Shown in pieces: positions 1-9,118 of a stretch of 64,000 nucleotides of DNA (the stretch's first letter is position 1; each line of letters begins with the position of its first letter). Origin of the DNA: an uncultured delta proteobacterium (GTDB taxonomy: Bacteria > Desulfobacterota > Desulfobacteria > Desulfobacterales > SG8-13); assembly GCA_963848135.1 (NCBI GenBank), contig CAWKCK010000018.1:820938-884937 (forward strand), given 5' to 3'. The notes beneath the pieces are model-generated. The model ran no database searches, was not told the origin of the DNA, and was given only the letters and a program-made list of their open reading frames with translations. Both the position numbers and the translations under genes were made by a program.

Positions 1-3000
1 CGACAAGTGGATCAGTGATGGTTGTCGGTGCCGGTATTGCCGGCATGCAGGCGTCTCTGGATCTGGCCAATTCGAACTACAAGGTTTACCTGGTGGACAA
101 ATCACCCACCATCGGCGGAATGATGTCCCGCTTGGACAAGACCTTTCCGACCAACGACTGCGCCATGTGAGTGATCTCGCCCAAACTGGTCGAGGTCGGC
201 CGGCACATGAACATTGATTTGATCACTTGCAGCGAAGTTAAAGATGTCTCGGGCGAACCAGGGAACTTTTCGGTCTCGCTCGTCAATCGCCCCCGTTATA
301 TCGATCCGGTAAAGTGCACCGGATGCGGGGAATGCGCCCGACATTGTCCGGTCACCGCCGTCAACCAGTACAATCTGGGCCTGGACGATCGCCGGGCCAC
401 CTACATCGAATATGCCCAGGCGGTTCCTCTGGCTTTTGCGATCGACACCGACACCTGCATCGGTTGCGGCCTGTGTGAAAACATGTGCATCGCCAAGGCT
501 GTCGAATACGACGATCAGGAACGCGAATCCACTGTTAAGGTCGGTTCTGTGATCGTTTCCGCCGGAAGCAAGGGGTATGACCCGTCTCACCTCGATTTTC
601 TGGGGTACGGTAAATCACCCAACGTGGTGACCAGTGAGGAATTCGAAAGAATATTGAGCGCCTCGGGTCCCTACTTCGGCCACCTCATGCGACCGCTTGA
701 TCGCGAACAACCCAAAAAGATCGCCTGGCTCCAGTGCGTCGGATCCCGTGACACTAACAAGTGCGGTAACGGATACTGCTCCTCGGTCTGCTGTATGTAC
801 GCTGTCAAAGAGGCCATGATTGCCAAGGAACATGTCAAGGGCGATTTGGACTGCGCCATTTTCAACATGGACATGCGCACGTTTGGAAAGGATTACGAGC
901 TTTACTACAACAGGGCCAAGGACAAGGACGGCGTCCGTTTCGTCAAATCCCGGATCCACACCATCGACGAGGAACGGGAGTCTGGCGATCTGGTCGTCAA
1001 ATACGTCGATGAAGCCGGCACTATGCAGGAGGAGACCTTCAGTATGGTGGTCCTCTCGGTGGGTCTTCAGATTCAACCGGACACCGTACAGCTGTCCGCT
1101 AAGCTCGGCATTGATCTGAACAGGTACAACTTTGTCAATACGCACCCTTTCAAACCCGTAGAGACCAATCGTCCGGGGGTTTTTGTGTGCGGCGTCATCC
1201 AGGGCCCCAAGGACATTCCCAGCTCGGTCACCGAAGCCAGCGCCGCCGCCTGCATCGCCGGGGCTAAACTGGCCGAGGCCCGCGGTCAGGACATTCCCAG
1301 GGTGGAAGTCCCGACAGAACGGGACATCACCGGCGAAGATCCGCGCATCGGGGTGTTCGTCTGCAACTGCGGCATCAACATCGGCGGCATTGTAGACGTT
1401 CCGGCCGTAAGGCAATACGCTGCCGGCCTGCCGAACGTGGTCTACTCCGACGAAAACCTCTTTACCTGCAGCCAGGACACCCAGGAGAAGATCAAGGAAA
1501 AGATCAAGGAGCATAATCTCAACCGGGTGGTGGTTGCCTCGTGTAGCCCCAAGACCCACGAACCGATGTTCATGGAAACCCTGGAAGCCTGCGGTCTTAA
1601 CCGCTATCTCTTTGAAATGGCCAACATCAGAAACCAGGATTCATGGATTCATTCCAAGGATCCGGATGCCGCCACCGCTAAGGCCAAGGATCTGGTGCGC
1701 ATGTCAATCGCCCGGGCCGCCAACCTGCGGACCCTGCACCAGAAAGTGGTACCGATCAACAAGCGGGCCTTGGTCATCGGTGGGGGTGTGGCCGGAATGA
1801 ACGCCGCCCTGGGTCTCGGCAACCAAGGATTTGAGGTTTCCCTGGTGGAAAAGAACGCCGAGCTGGGCGGATTCTCCCGCAAGCTGCACCACACCATCGA
1901 AGGCGAGGATATCCAGGGTTATCTCAAGGACCTTGTCGCCGATGTACAGGCCAACGAAAAAATCGATGTTCTGACAGATGCCCAAATCGTGGGTGCCGAA
2001 GGGTTCAAGGGGAGTTTCAAGACCGAAGTCCAGACCGGCGCCAACGGTGACACACGACAGATTGATCATGGCATCATCATCGTCGCCACGGGGGCCAACG
2101 AATACCAGCCCAAGGAGTACCTCTACGGCGAGGATAAGCAGGTTCTTACCCAGGTAGAACTGGGCGATCGCCTGGCCGTCCAGGGCGCCGCGGATCTGAG
2201 CAGCGTGGTCATGATCCAGTGCGTCGGGTCCCGCAACGACGAAAATCCCAACTGCTCCCGCATCTGCTGTCAGAATGCCGTCAAGAACGCCCTGGAGATA
2301 AAAAAACTGAATCCGGAAACGCAAGTCTATGTCATGTATCGTGACATGCGAACCTACGGCCTGCTGGAAGATTACTATAAGGAGGCCCGGGGCCAGGGCG
2401 TGATTTTCATCCGGTTCGACAAAGACCAACCACCGGAAGTCAAAAAGAACGGCGCCGGACCGGCGGTGGTGGTCAAAGACCACGTCCTGCAACAAAATAT
2501 TGAAATCAGCGCGGACCTGGTGGTCCTCAGCGCGGGCGTTCAGGCCGCCGACACCGACGGGCTCAGCAATATCATGAAGTTCAACCGCAATCCCCAGGGA
2601 TTTTTCATCGAAGCGCATGTCAAATTGCGGCCGGTCGACATGCCCAGCGAAGGCGTCTTCCTGTGCGGCACGGCCCATGGCCCCAAACTGGTTTCGGAAA
2701 CCATCGCTCAAGCCCAGGCGGCGGCTTCACGGGCCATGACATTTCTGGCCCAGGACGCCATCAAGCTGTCGGCCATCACGGCCAAGGTCGACGTCGAGCA
2801 CTGCGTCAAGTGCCTGACTTGCGTACGCTCCTGCCCGTTCGGCGTCCCGGAATTCAATTCGGAAGCCAAGGAGATCGAAATCAACGAAGCGCTCTGCCAC
2901 GGCTGCGGCGTGTGCACTGCGGTGTGCCCGCGGCAGGTGATTGCACTGAGCTTTTACGAAGACGAAACCATCGTCTGCAAAATTGATGCTTTATTGGATG

Positions 3001-3014
3001 CGGAGGCACTGTAA
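1..3014 (+). CDS. hdrA: Heterodisulfide reductase subunit A-like flavoprotein, large tandem-module form; selenoprotein; 5' end lies upstream of the window
   Basis: Frame is open from base 3 ([25 protein letters not shown]-binding GxGxxG) through [14 protein letters not shown](168-170)-VISPK into the 947-aa ORF. Two FAD modules, QCVGSRD/CSSVCC and QCVGSRN/CSRICC motifs, several CxxCxxCxxxC ferredoxin motifs. Confidence 0.93.
186..203 (+). promoter_or_regulatory. Putative bacterial SECIS element of hdrA
   Basis: Hairpin CTGGTCG-AGGT-CGGCCGG (7 bp including G-U pairs, G-containing loop) starting 15 nt after TGA 168-170. Confidence 0.7.
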
Positions 3015-3442
3015 TGGCAGAATTTGAACCAACGATTATCGCATTTTGTTGTGAATACTGAGGGTATTCGGCTGCGGACCTGGCAGGTTCCATGCGACTC
3101 GATTATCCCATCAACGTCAAAATTATCCGGGTTCCCTGCACGGGCAAAGTGGACGTCTTGCATCTGCTGCGGGCCATTCAAAAAGGCGCCGACGGGGCCT
3201 ATTGCGTTGGCTGTCTCGAAGGGTCCTGCCATTACAACGAAGGCAATCTCAGATGCCGCGAGCGCGTCGACCACGTGCGTATGCTTCTCGATGAAATCGG
3301 CATTGAAGGGGACCGCGTAAGGATGTATAACCTATCTTCGGGTGAAGGCCCAACCTTTGCCGCCTATGCCAAGGAGATGACCGAACATATCCAGGCGCTG
3401 GGACCCAACCCGCTAAAGAATAAGGCAAACGCCAAAAACTAA
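3014..3442 (+). CDS. mvhD: MvhD/FlpD-type [2Fe-2S] subunit, selenoprotein (142 aa with readthrough)
   Basis: ATG 3014 overlaps the hdrA stop (TAATG). [18 protein letters not shown](3059-3061)-GYSAADLAGS continues in frame into ORF 3092-3442 (RVPCTGKV, GCLEGSCHYNEGN). Confidence 0.93.
3076..3090 (+). promoter_or_regulatory. Putative SECIS element of mvhD
   Basis: Hairpin GGACCT-GGC-AGGTTC starting 14 nt after TGA 3059-3061. Confidence 0.6.
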
Positions 3443-3452
3443 GGAGTATATT

Positions 3453-4775
3453 ATGGCCGAGGAAGCGATCAAGATTGGAGGTAAAAAGAAGAGTACGTTC
3501 ATTGACAAGGTGAAGGATTTGCTCCCTGAAGGCGGCAACCTGAACCTGTGTCTGACGTGCGGTGCGTGCTCATCCGGATGCCCGGCAACGGGCCTGGAAA
3601 ACATGGATCCCCGTAAATTTCTGCGCATGGCCGCCCTGGGCATGGATGAAGAGATCACGACCACACCGTGGGTGTGGATGTGCAGCATGTGCACCCGGTG
3701 TGTCTATGTCTGTCCGATGCAGATCAACATCCCCCAACTGGTCTTTTACGCACGGCAGTCCTGGCCACGCGAAAAGCGGCCCAAAGGAATCGTGGGTTCA
3801 TGCGACATGGCCCTCAGAAGCGACACCTGCAGCGCCATGGGCGCCACTGAAGAAGACTTCCAGTTCGTGGTCGAAGACGTGTTGGAGGAATACCAGGAAT
3901 CACAGCCGGAGTTTGCCGAAATGAAAGCCCCGGTCAACAAGAAGGGGGCGGAGTTCTTCCTTAACCAGAATTCCAGAGAACCGGTGACCGAACCGGACGA
4001 GATGGTGCCGTTGTGGAAGATCCTGCACGCCGTCGGTGCCGACTGGACTTACGGCACCAAGGGCTGGGCCGCCGAAAACTACTGCATGTTTATGGCCGAT
4101 GAGGAAAACTGGAAGCACATCATAGAGGTCAAGCAGAAAGCGGTGGAGGATCTGGGCTGTAAGGTCTGGCTCAACACCGAATGAGGGCACGAACTCTTCG
4201 CGGTCCGGTTCGGAGCGCAAAAGTTCAAACTCGACTACAACTTCGAGATTAAAAGCATCATCCAATATTATGCCCAGTGGATCAAAGAAGGCAAGCTGAA
4301 GGTCAGTTCCGACTGGAACAAAGACCGTCAAATCAAATTCACGGTACAGGATCCCTGCCAGCTGGTGCGCAAATCATTCGGTGACCCGGTGGCCGAGGAC
4401 CTGCGGTACGTGGTCAAGGCGGTGGTCGGTGAAGAAAACTTTATCGACATGAGCCCCAACCGGTCGAACAACTACTGCTGTGGCGGTGGCGGCGGTTTCC
4501 TGCAGTCCGGTTACCCCGAAGCACGAAGAGATTACGGCAAACTCAAAGCCGAACAAATTCTCAAGACCGGCGCGGCCTACTGCATCACCCCGTGTCACAA
4601 CTGCCATGCCCAGGTTCATGATCTGTCCGACATCCGTGATCATGCCTGGCAAACGGTTCACCTGTGGACACTGATCTGCCTGTCGATGGGCATCCTCGGT
4701 CCGAACGAACGCGAATATCTCGGTGAGGATCTGAAGGACGTGGATGTTTTTCACCCGGAAAGCTCCAATTTCTAA
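3453..4775 (+). CDS. HdrD/GlpC-like Fe-S oxidoreductase (2x[4Fe-4S] plus CCG domains), selenoprotein (440 aa with readthrough)
   Basis: RBS AAGGAG; CLTCGACSSGCP and CSMCTRCVYVCP. WLNTE-TGA(4182-4184)-GHELF reads in frame without another stop into ORF 4365-4775 (QDPCQ, YCCGGGGG, TPCHNC). Confidence 0.88.
4200..4218 (+). promoter_or_regulatory. Putative SECIS element of the HdrD-like gene
   Basis: Hairpin GCG-G-TCCG-GTT-CGGA-G-CGC starting 15 nt after TGA 4182-4184. Confidence 0.65.
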
Positions 4776-4822
4776 CGGAGTTGACCAACCATTCAGGAGC
4801 GATCGGTGGTTCAGGAGGAAAT

Positions 4823-5503
4823 ATGATAGTCGCGAAAAGAAAGCCCTTTGACGAAATCAAGGAAATGATCAAGCCTTTCAAAAAGGTGCTCAACGTGGGA
4901 TGCGGAACCTGTGTTTCCGTCTGCCTGGCCGGCGGTGAAAAAGAGGTTGCGGTTCTCAATGCGGAGCTCGAAATGGCCCGTAAGCTGGACGACAACCCCG
5001 TCGAGCTGACGGCTTACACTGTGGAACGCCAATGCGACCGTGAATATCTGGCTGAACTCGACGACATGGTCAAGGACTATGACGCCGTCATCTCCATGGC
5101 CTGCGGGGTCGGCATTCAGTTCCTGGCGGAGCGCTTTCCGGACATACCGGTTCTTCCCGGTGTCGACACCACCGGCCTCGCGGTCAACCAGGCCGTGGGT
5201 TGGTACGAAGAACGCTGCCGTTCTTGCGGCAAGTGCGTTCTGGCCATGACCGGCGGTATCTGCCCGGTGACCATGTGCGCCAAGGGCCTTTACAACGGCC
5301 CCTGCGGTGGAACCAACAAAGGCAAGTGCGAGATCAGCCAGGATCAACCCTGTGCCTGGTACATGATTCACGAAAGACTGTCCAGCCAGGAACGACTGGA
5401 TTTGATCAGGGATTTCAAAGAGCCGGCGGACTGGACCGATCAGACACCGCGGACGCTGATTCAGCCGGGGTACAAGAAACCGGAAAAAGAAGAAGCGAAA
5501 TAG
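4823..5503 (+). CDS. metV: Methylenetetrahydrofolate reductase small Fe-S/Zn subunit MetV
   Basis: RBS AGGAGG before ATG 4823; GCGTCVSVC, ERQC, CRSCGKC, CPVTMCAKGLYNGPCGG, CAW motifs; directly upstream of metF. Confidence 0.88.
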   Translation: MIVAKRKPFDEIKEMIKPFKKVLNVGCGTCVSVCLAGGEKEVAVLNAELEMARKLDDNPVELTAYTVERQCDREYLAELDDMVKDYDAVISMACGVGIQFLAERFPDIPVLPGVDTTGLAVNQAVGWYEERCRSCGKCVLAMTGGICPVTMCAKGLYNGPCGGTNKGKCEISQDQPCAWYMIHERLSSQERLDLIRDFKEPADWTDQTPRTLIQPGYKKPEKEEAK

Positions 5504-5557
5504 AATACAGCCGTCTCAACCGACATGAACAATCCCACTTGAAATATAGGTGATACA

Positions 5558-6505
5558 ATGAGCACAGAAGGCAACGGTTACAAATCAGGAAGCAACCTGG
5601 AAAAGGTCCTCAAAGCCGGTCATTTTGCATTCACCGGCGAGTTGGGGCCGCCCCGGGGAGCCAACACAGAGGAAGTGCGTCACAAAGCCTCGTTTTTGAA
5701 GGGCATGGTGGATTCGGTCAACATTACCGATAATCAGACGGCCATGGTCCGCATGTCGAGCTGGGCCGCAAGCCTACTGCTCCTTCAGGAGGGCTTGGAA
5801 CCGAATTTTCAGATGGTCTGCCGCGATCGCAATCGGCTGGCCATGCAGGCCGACATCCTGGGGGCCTCTGCCCACGGTATCCGCAATATGCTCTGCCTGT
5901 CCGGTGACCATCAGCAATTCGGTGATCACCCCCAGGCCAAAGGCGTGTTCGATGTCGATTCCATGCAGCTGATAAAAATGGTCAAACAAATGCGCGATGA
6001 CGGTAAATTCTTGAGTGGCGCCGAACTGGACGGGAGCCCCAAGATCTTTATCGGCGCGGCAGCCAACCCTTTTGCCGATCCGTTCGAGTGGCGCGTTCAT
6101 CGCCTGGCAAAAAAAGTCGAGGCAGGCTGTGATTTCATTCAAACACAGTGCATATACAACATGGAGAAGTTCCGCAAGTGGATCCAACAGGCCAATGACA
6201 TGGGTCTGACGGAAAGAGTCTACATTCTGGCCGGTGTCACGCCGATGAAAAGCGTCGGTATGGCCAAGTATATGAAGAGCAAGGTGCCCGGAATGGATGT
6301 GCCTGATGAAATCATCGAGCGTCTTCAGGGCGCCGGCAAGGGCAAAGTGGCCGCGGAAGGAATCAAGATCGCCTGTGAACAAATCGAAGAATTCAAGGAA
6401 ATGAAAGGCGTCCACGGTGTCCATTTAATGGCCATCGAGTGGGAGCACAAAGTTCCTGAAATTGCCGAACAGGCTAAAGTGTTACCACGACCTGTAATGG
6501 AGTAA
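5558..6505 (+). CDS. metF: Methylenetetrahydrofolate reductase large subunit
   Basis: TGELGPPRG, NITDNQTA, CRDRNRLAMQ, LSGDH, FIQTQ, GVHLM motifs of the MTHFR family. Confidence 0.93.
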   Translation: MSTEGNGYKSGSNLEKVLKAGHFAFTGELGPPRGANTEEVRHKASFLKGMVDSVNITDNQTAMVRMSSWAASLLLLQEGLEPNFQMVCRDRNRLAMQADILGASAHGIRNMLCLSGDHQQFGDHPQAKGVFDVDSMQLIKMVKQMRDDGKFLSGAELDGSPKIFIGAAANPFADPFEWRVHRLAKKVEAGCDFIQTQCIYNMEKFRKWIQQANDMGLTERVYILAGVTPMKSVGMAKYMKSKVPGMDVPDEIIERLQGAGKGKVAAEGIKIACEQIEEFKEMKGVHGVHLMAIEWEHKVPEIAEQAKVLPRPVME

Positions 6506-6528
6506 GAAAGCGTTTCAAATACGAATCA

Positions 6529-6565
6529 AAAAACCCGGTACAGAAAAACACTGTACCGGGTTTTT
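6529..6565. terminator. Bidirectional intrinsic terminator
   Basis: AAAAACCCGGTACAG-AAAAACA-CTGTACCGGGTTTTT perfect stem after the metF stop, between convergent genes. Confidence 0.85.
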
Positions 6566-6749
6566 ATGTGATACCAAAACAGCGTGGATGGTCCAGGGTC
6601 TTACCAGCACGTCGAGAATCTACGCGTGTCATCGTTTGACATCAGCTTTTGTTCTCAAACGATATATCGTATCGATTCAAAGATTACGATGGTTTCCCAA
6701 ATGACCACATTGGTCGTCTGTGCGTTGCAACCCAAACCATTCAGTCGGT

Positions 6750-7085
6750 CTACACGTATCTCAAGCTCATCGCATACGACAGCCCATCCGCATCCATAAC
6801 TTCCTCGACCCAGCAGACCTCCGCCAACCCTGTGGAACGAATGCTTGTGTCACCTGAGAGTACTTGCGCAGAGGGAAAATTCAGCACGCGAACAACGAGA
6901 AATGTCCCCGGTTTTACGGCCCTTTTCGACACCAATACAATCCCATCCTGACTATAATTGATCGATCGGGCGCTGAAAACATCGCTCCGGCCAGAAAGCT
7001 TGAGACATTCGGTGTTGAGCTCGCAGGGGGTGCGCCGTCTTTGACGAGATTCTATTGGATTGCCAAGGGTTGACATTATTTCCAC
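6750..7085 (-). CDS. PilZ-domain protein
   Basis: RQRRR (RxxxR) and NYSQDG (D/NxSxxG) motifs; AEVCWV strand. Confidence 0.75.
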   Translation of the reverse strand: MEIMSTLGNPIESRQRRRTPCELNTECLKLSGRSDVFSARSINYSQDGIVLVSKRAVKPGTFLVVRVLNFPSAQVLSGDTSIRSTGLAEVCWVEEVMDADGLSYAMSLRYV

Positions 7086-7115
7086 CGTGATCCCAATTTG
7101 ATCATTATAACTTTT

Positions 7116-7478
7116 TTATCTGTTGATGATTCTTTCCAGCGTTTCCTGCACTCTTTTACAGTCAATACAGTAGGTGGTTACGGGTCGTACCTTGAGCCGT
7201 TTTAGGTCAATTCCTTCTCCGCACAATTCACAAATTCCGAATGTTCCTTCGTCCATTCGTTTGAGAGCGCTTTTTATCTTTCGGATGAGTTTGCTTTCAC
7301 GATCCCTAATGCGAAGAGCCAGATCTCGATCAGTTTCCAAGGTCGCTCGGTCAAGCAGGTCGGATGCATAGACCGATGAATCCAGCATTCCGGCGATGGC
7401 GTAATCGGCGCGTCGCAATAACTGTTCCTGCCATTCAATCAGCAATTGCCGAAAATATGCCAGGTCTGACTTTTTCAT
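7116..7478 (-). CDS. dksA: RNA polymerase-binding factor DksA
   Basis: Coiled coil with DLLDRA, GTFGICELCG...YCIDC zinc finger; RBS GGAGG. Confidence 0.88.
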   Translation of the reverse strand: MKKSDLAYFRQLLIEWQEQLLRRADYAIAGMLDSSVYASDLLDRATLETDRDLALRIRDRESKLIRKIKSALKRMDEGTFGICELCGEGIDLKRLKVRPVTTYCIDCKRVQETLERIINR

Positions 7479-7567
7479 GTTCCACCTCCCCGAGATATGC
7501 TTTTAATATGGTTATTGTGCAGAAGCTCGGTACAAATGAACATCTCAATTTCTCCATCTAAGACACG

Positions 7568-7963
7568 CTATGTCGCACTGCGGCTTGGAATCGAAACCTC
7601 CCAAGATCGATATCGCCGCATATTTATAGCCGATTTGACCAGCCGCTTATTACCCAATACCGCGGTAATCGACTCTTTAAGTCTGTCAATCGCATCCGCA
7701 CTTCGGATGGCGTAAACAAGCACAGGGAAGTCCGAACGTTTTTGTTTGATAGCGAGCAAAAAGGCAAAGCTGTCGAACCCCTTTGACAGAGAATTCAGCA
7801 GCATCATGTCCGGCGGAAACTCACGCCAGAGCTCCCAGGCCGAATCCGGATTATCAACAAATTCCGTTTGATATCCTTCTTCGCGCAATGATTTTGAAAT
7901 CAAGTGCCGGTTAAGGGGTTGATCATCCAAAATTAGAATACGCACCATTGGGCTCATCGACAC
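7568..7963 (-). CDS. Atypical single-domain response regulator (receiver-like)
   Basis: RILILDDQ start and receiver fold pattern, but PDMMLLN has Asn where the phospho-acceptor Asp is expected. Confidence 0.65.
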   Translation of the reverse strand: MSMSPMVRILILDDQPLNRHLISKSLREEGYQTEFVDNPDSAWELWREFPPDMMLLNSLSKGFDSFAFLLAIKQKRSDFPVLVYAIRSADAIDRLKESITAVLGNKRLVKSAINMRRYRSWEVSIPSRSAT

Positions 7964-7991
7964 ATCCTCGTATTTTTATTACTAGTGATCG

Positions 7992-8261
7992 TCAGCCAAA
8001 ATCCTTGCCCGAATCTTTTCGCGTCTCTATCAGGCAATAAACACGCCAGACACAGTTCCATTGGCGGCAGCTCCTGACGATTTTACCGAAGCAGTCCGCG
8101 TGTCCCTCGATTCGCTGAATACTGCGAATGAAGCGTGCGAGATGGGTAAATCTCTGGTTGCTAGCTAAGCTGTGTCCGCGTCGCATTTCTTGTTTTTTCG
8201 CAATTGGATCGCTATCTGTCCGCTCTCGATTTGAACCACCTGGATGCAGATGACACTCCAA
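7992..8261 (-). CDS. Small Cys-rich protein (IRxIQxxEGxxDCFG...C..WNCxWRxxC type); start may be ATG 8186
   Basis: Motif resembles small conserved deltaproteobacterial proteins; co-oriented with neighbouring genes. Confidence 0.55.
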   Translation of the reverse strand: MECHLHPGGSNRERTDSDPIAKKQEMRRGHSLASNQRFTHLARFIRSIQRIEGHADCFGKIVRSCRQWNCVWRVYCLIETRKDSGKDFG

Positions 8262-8431
8262 CAGATTGATCCAGGTCTTGTAACAAATTGATGTGTATTA
8301 CATATTACTGGCTTACATTTAAGTCCATAGGGGTTAGGCTTCATACTGTCTGGGAAAATCACCCACCGGGGAATTTTTCCCAGACTTCAAATGGACGGTA
8401 TCTGATAGGGGAGAGCTAAAAATGGAAGGGG

Positions 8432-9118
8432 TTACTCTTTCCAAAGGTCGATATCGATGAGACCGAGTTTGGCGGCATGGCGCACCAGTTCAATGGTGCT
8501 GTGTATCCCGAGTTTGCGCATGATGCTGGAGCGATGGTTTTCCACTGTTTTGGGGCTAATAAAAAGCTTTTCGGCGACTTGATTCGAAGACAGCCCTTCG
8601 GCCAAAAGAACCATGACCTCCTGCTCCCGGGCTGTCAGAGTGTCGTAGCCGGCGGCGCCCTCAACCTTCTCCTTGGGCGACAAACCCGCAAGTTTTTTGA
8701 CCACCTGTTGGGAAACCGAAGTGTCCATAAAATAATTACCTTTAATGACATGATCCATTCCATTCAAGAGCATGTCGGCCGCCGATTCCTTCACGATATA
8801 GCCCATTGCACCAGCTTTGAAGGCTCTGACGATAAAATCGATTTTGGAATGCATGCTGACGATCAAAATACGGGTGTGGGAGGAGGCTTTGAGAATGTCA
8901 GCAATCAGTTCGATACCGTTTCGATCGGGAAGGGACATATCCACCAGAGCCAGATCCGGTTGAAGGTCTCTGGCCATTTTGTGACCCTGACTGGCTGTGC
9001 CGGCCTCCCCAACAACGCGATATTTTGCGCCTTCTTTTCCAATGATCACCTTGAGACCCTCCCGGAAGAGTGGGTGGTCATCTACAATGAGAATGCGTTT
9101 GGCCTGGCTCAAATTCAC
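8432..9118 (-). CDS. NarL/LuxR-family response regulator
   Basis: ILIVDDHPLFREG, LALVDMSLPD, and LTAREQEV...ISPKTVENHRSSIMRKL HTH. Confidence 0.93.
   Translation of the reverse strand: MNLSQAKRILIVDDHPLFREGLKVIIGKEGAKYRVVGEAGTASQGHKMARDLQPDLALVDMSLPDRNGIELIADILKASSHTRILIVSMHSKIDFIVRAFKAGAMGYIVKESAADMLLNGMDHVIKGNYFMDTSVSQQVVKKLAGLSPKEKVEGAAGYDTLTAREQEVMVLLAEGLSSNQVAEKLFISPKTVENHRSSIMRKLGIHSTIELVRHAAKLGLIDIDLWKE

Noticed and set aside
3024..3320. 98-aa alternative-frame ORF over mvhD
   Set aside because: Out of frame with the motif-bearing MvhD reading; no recognisable features.
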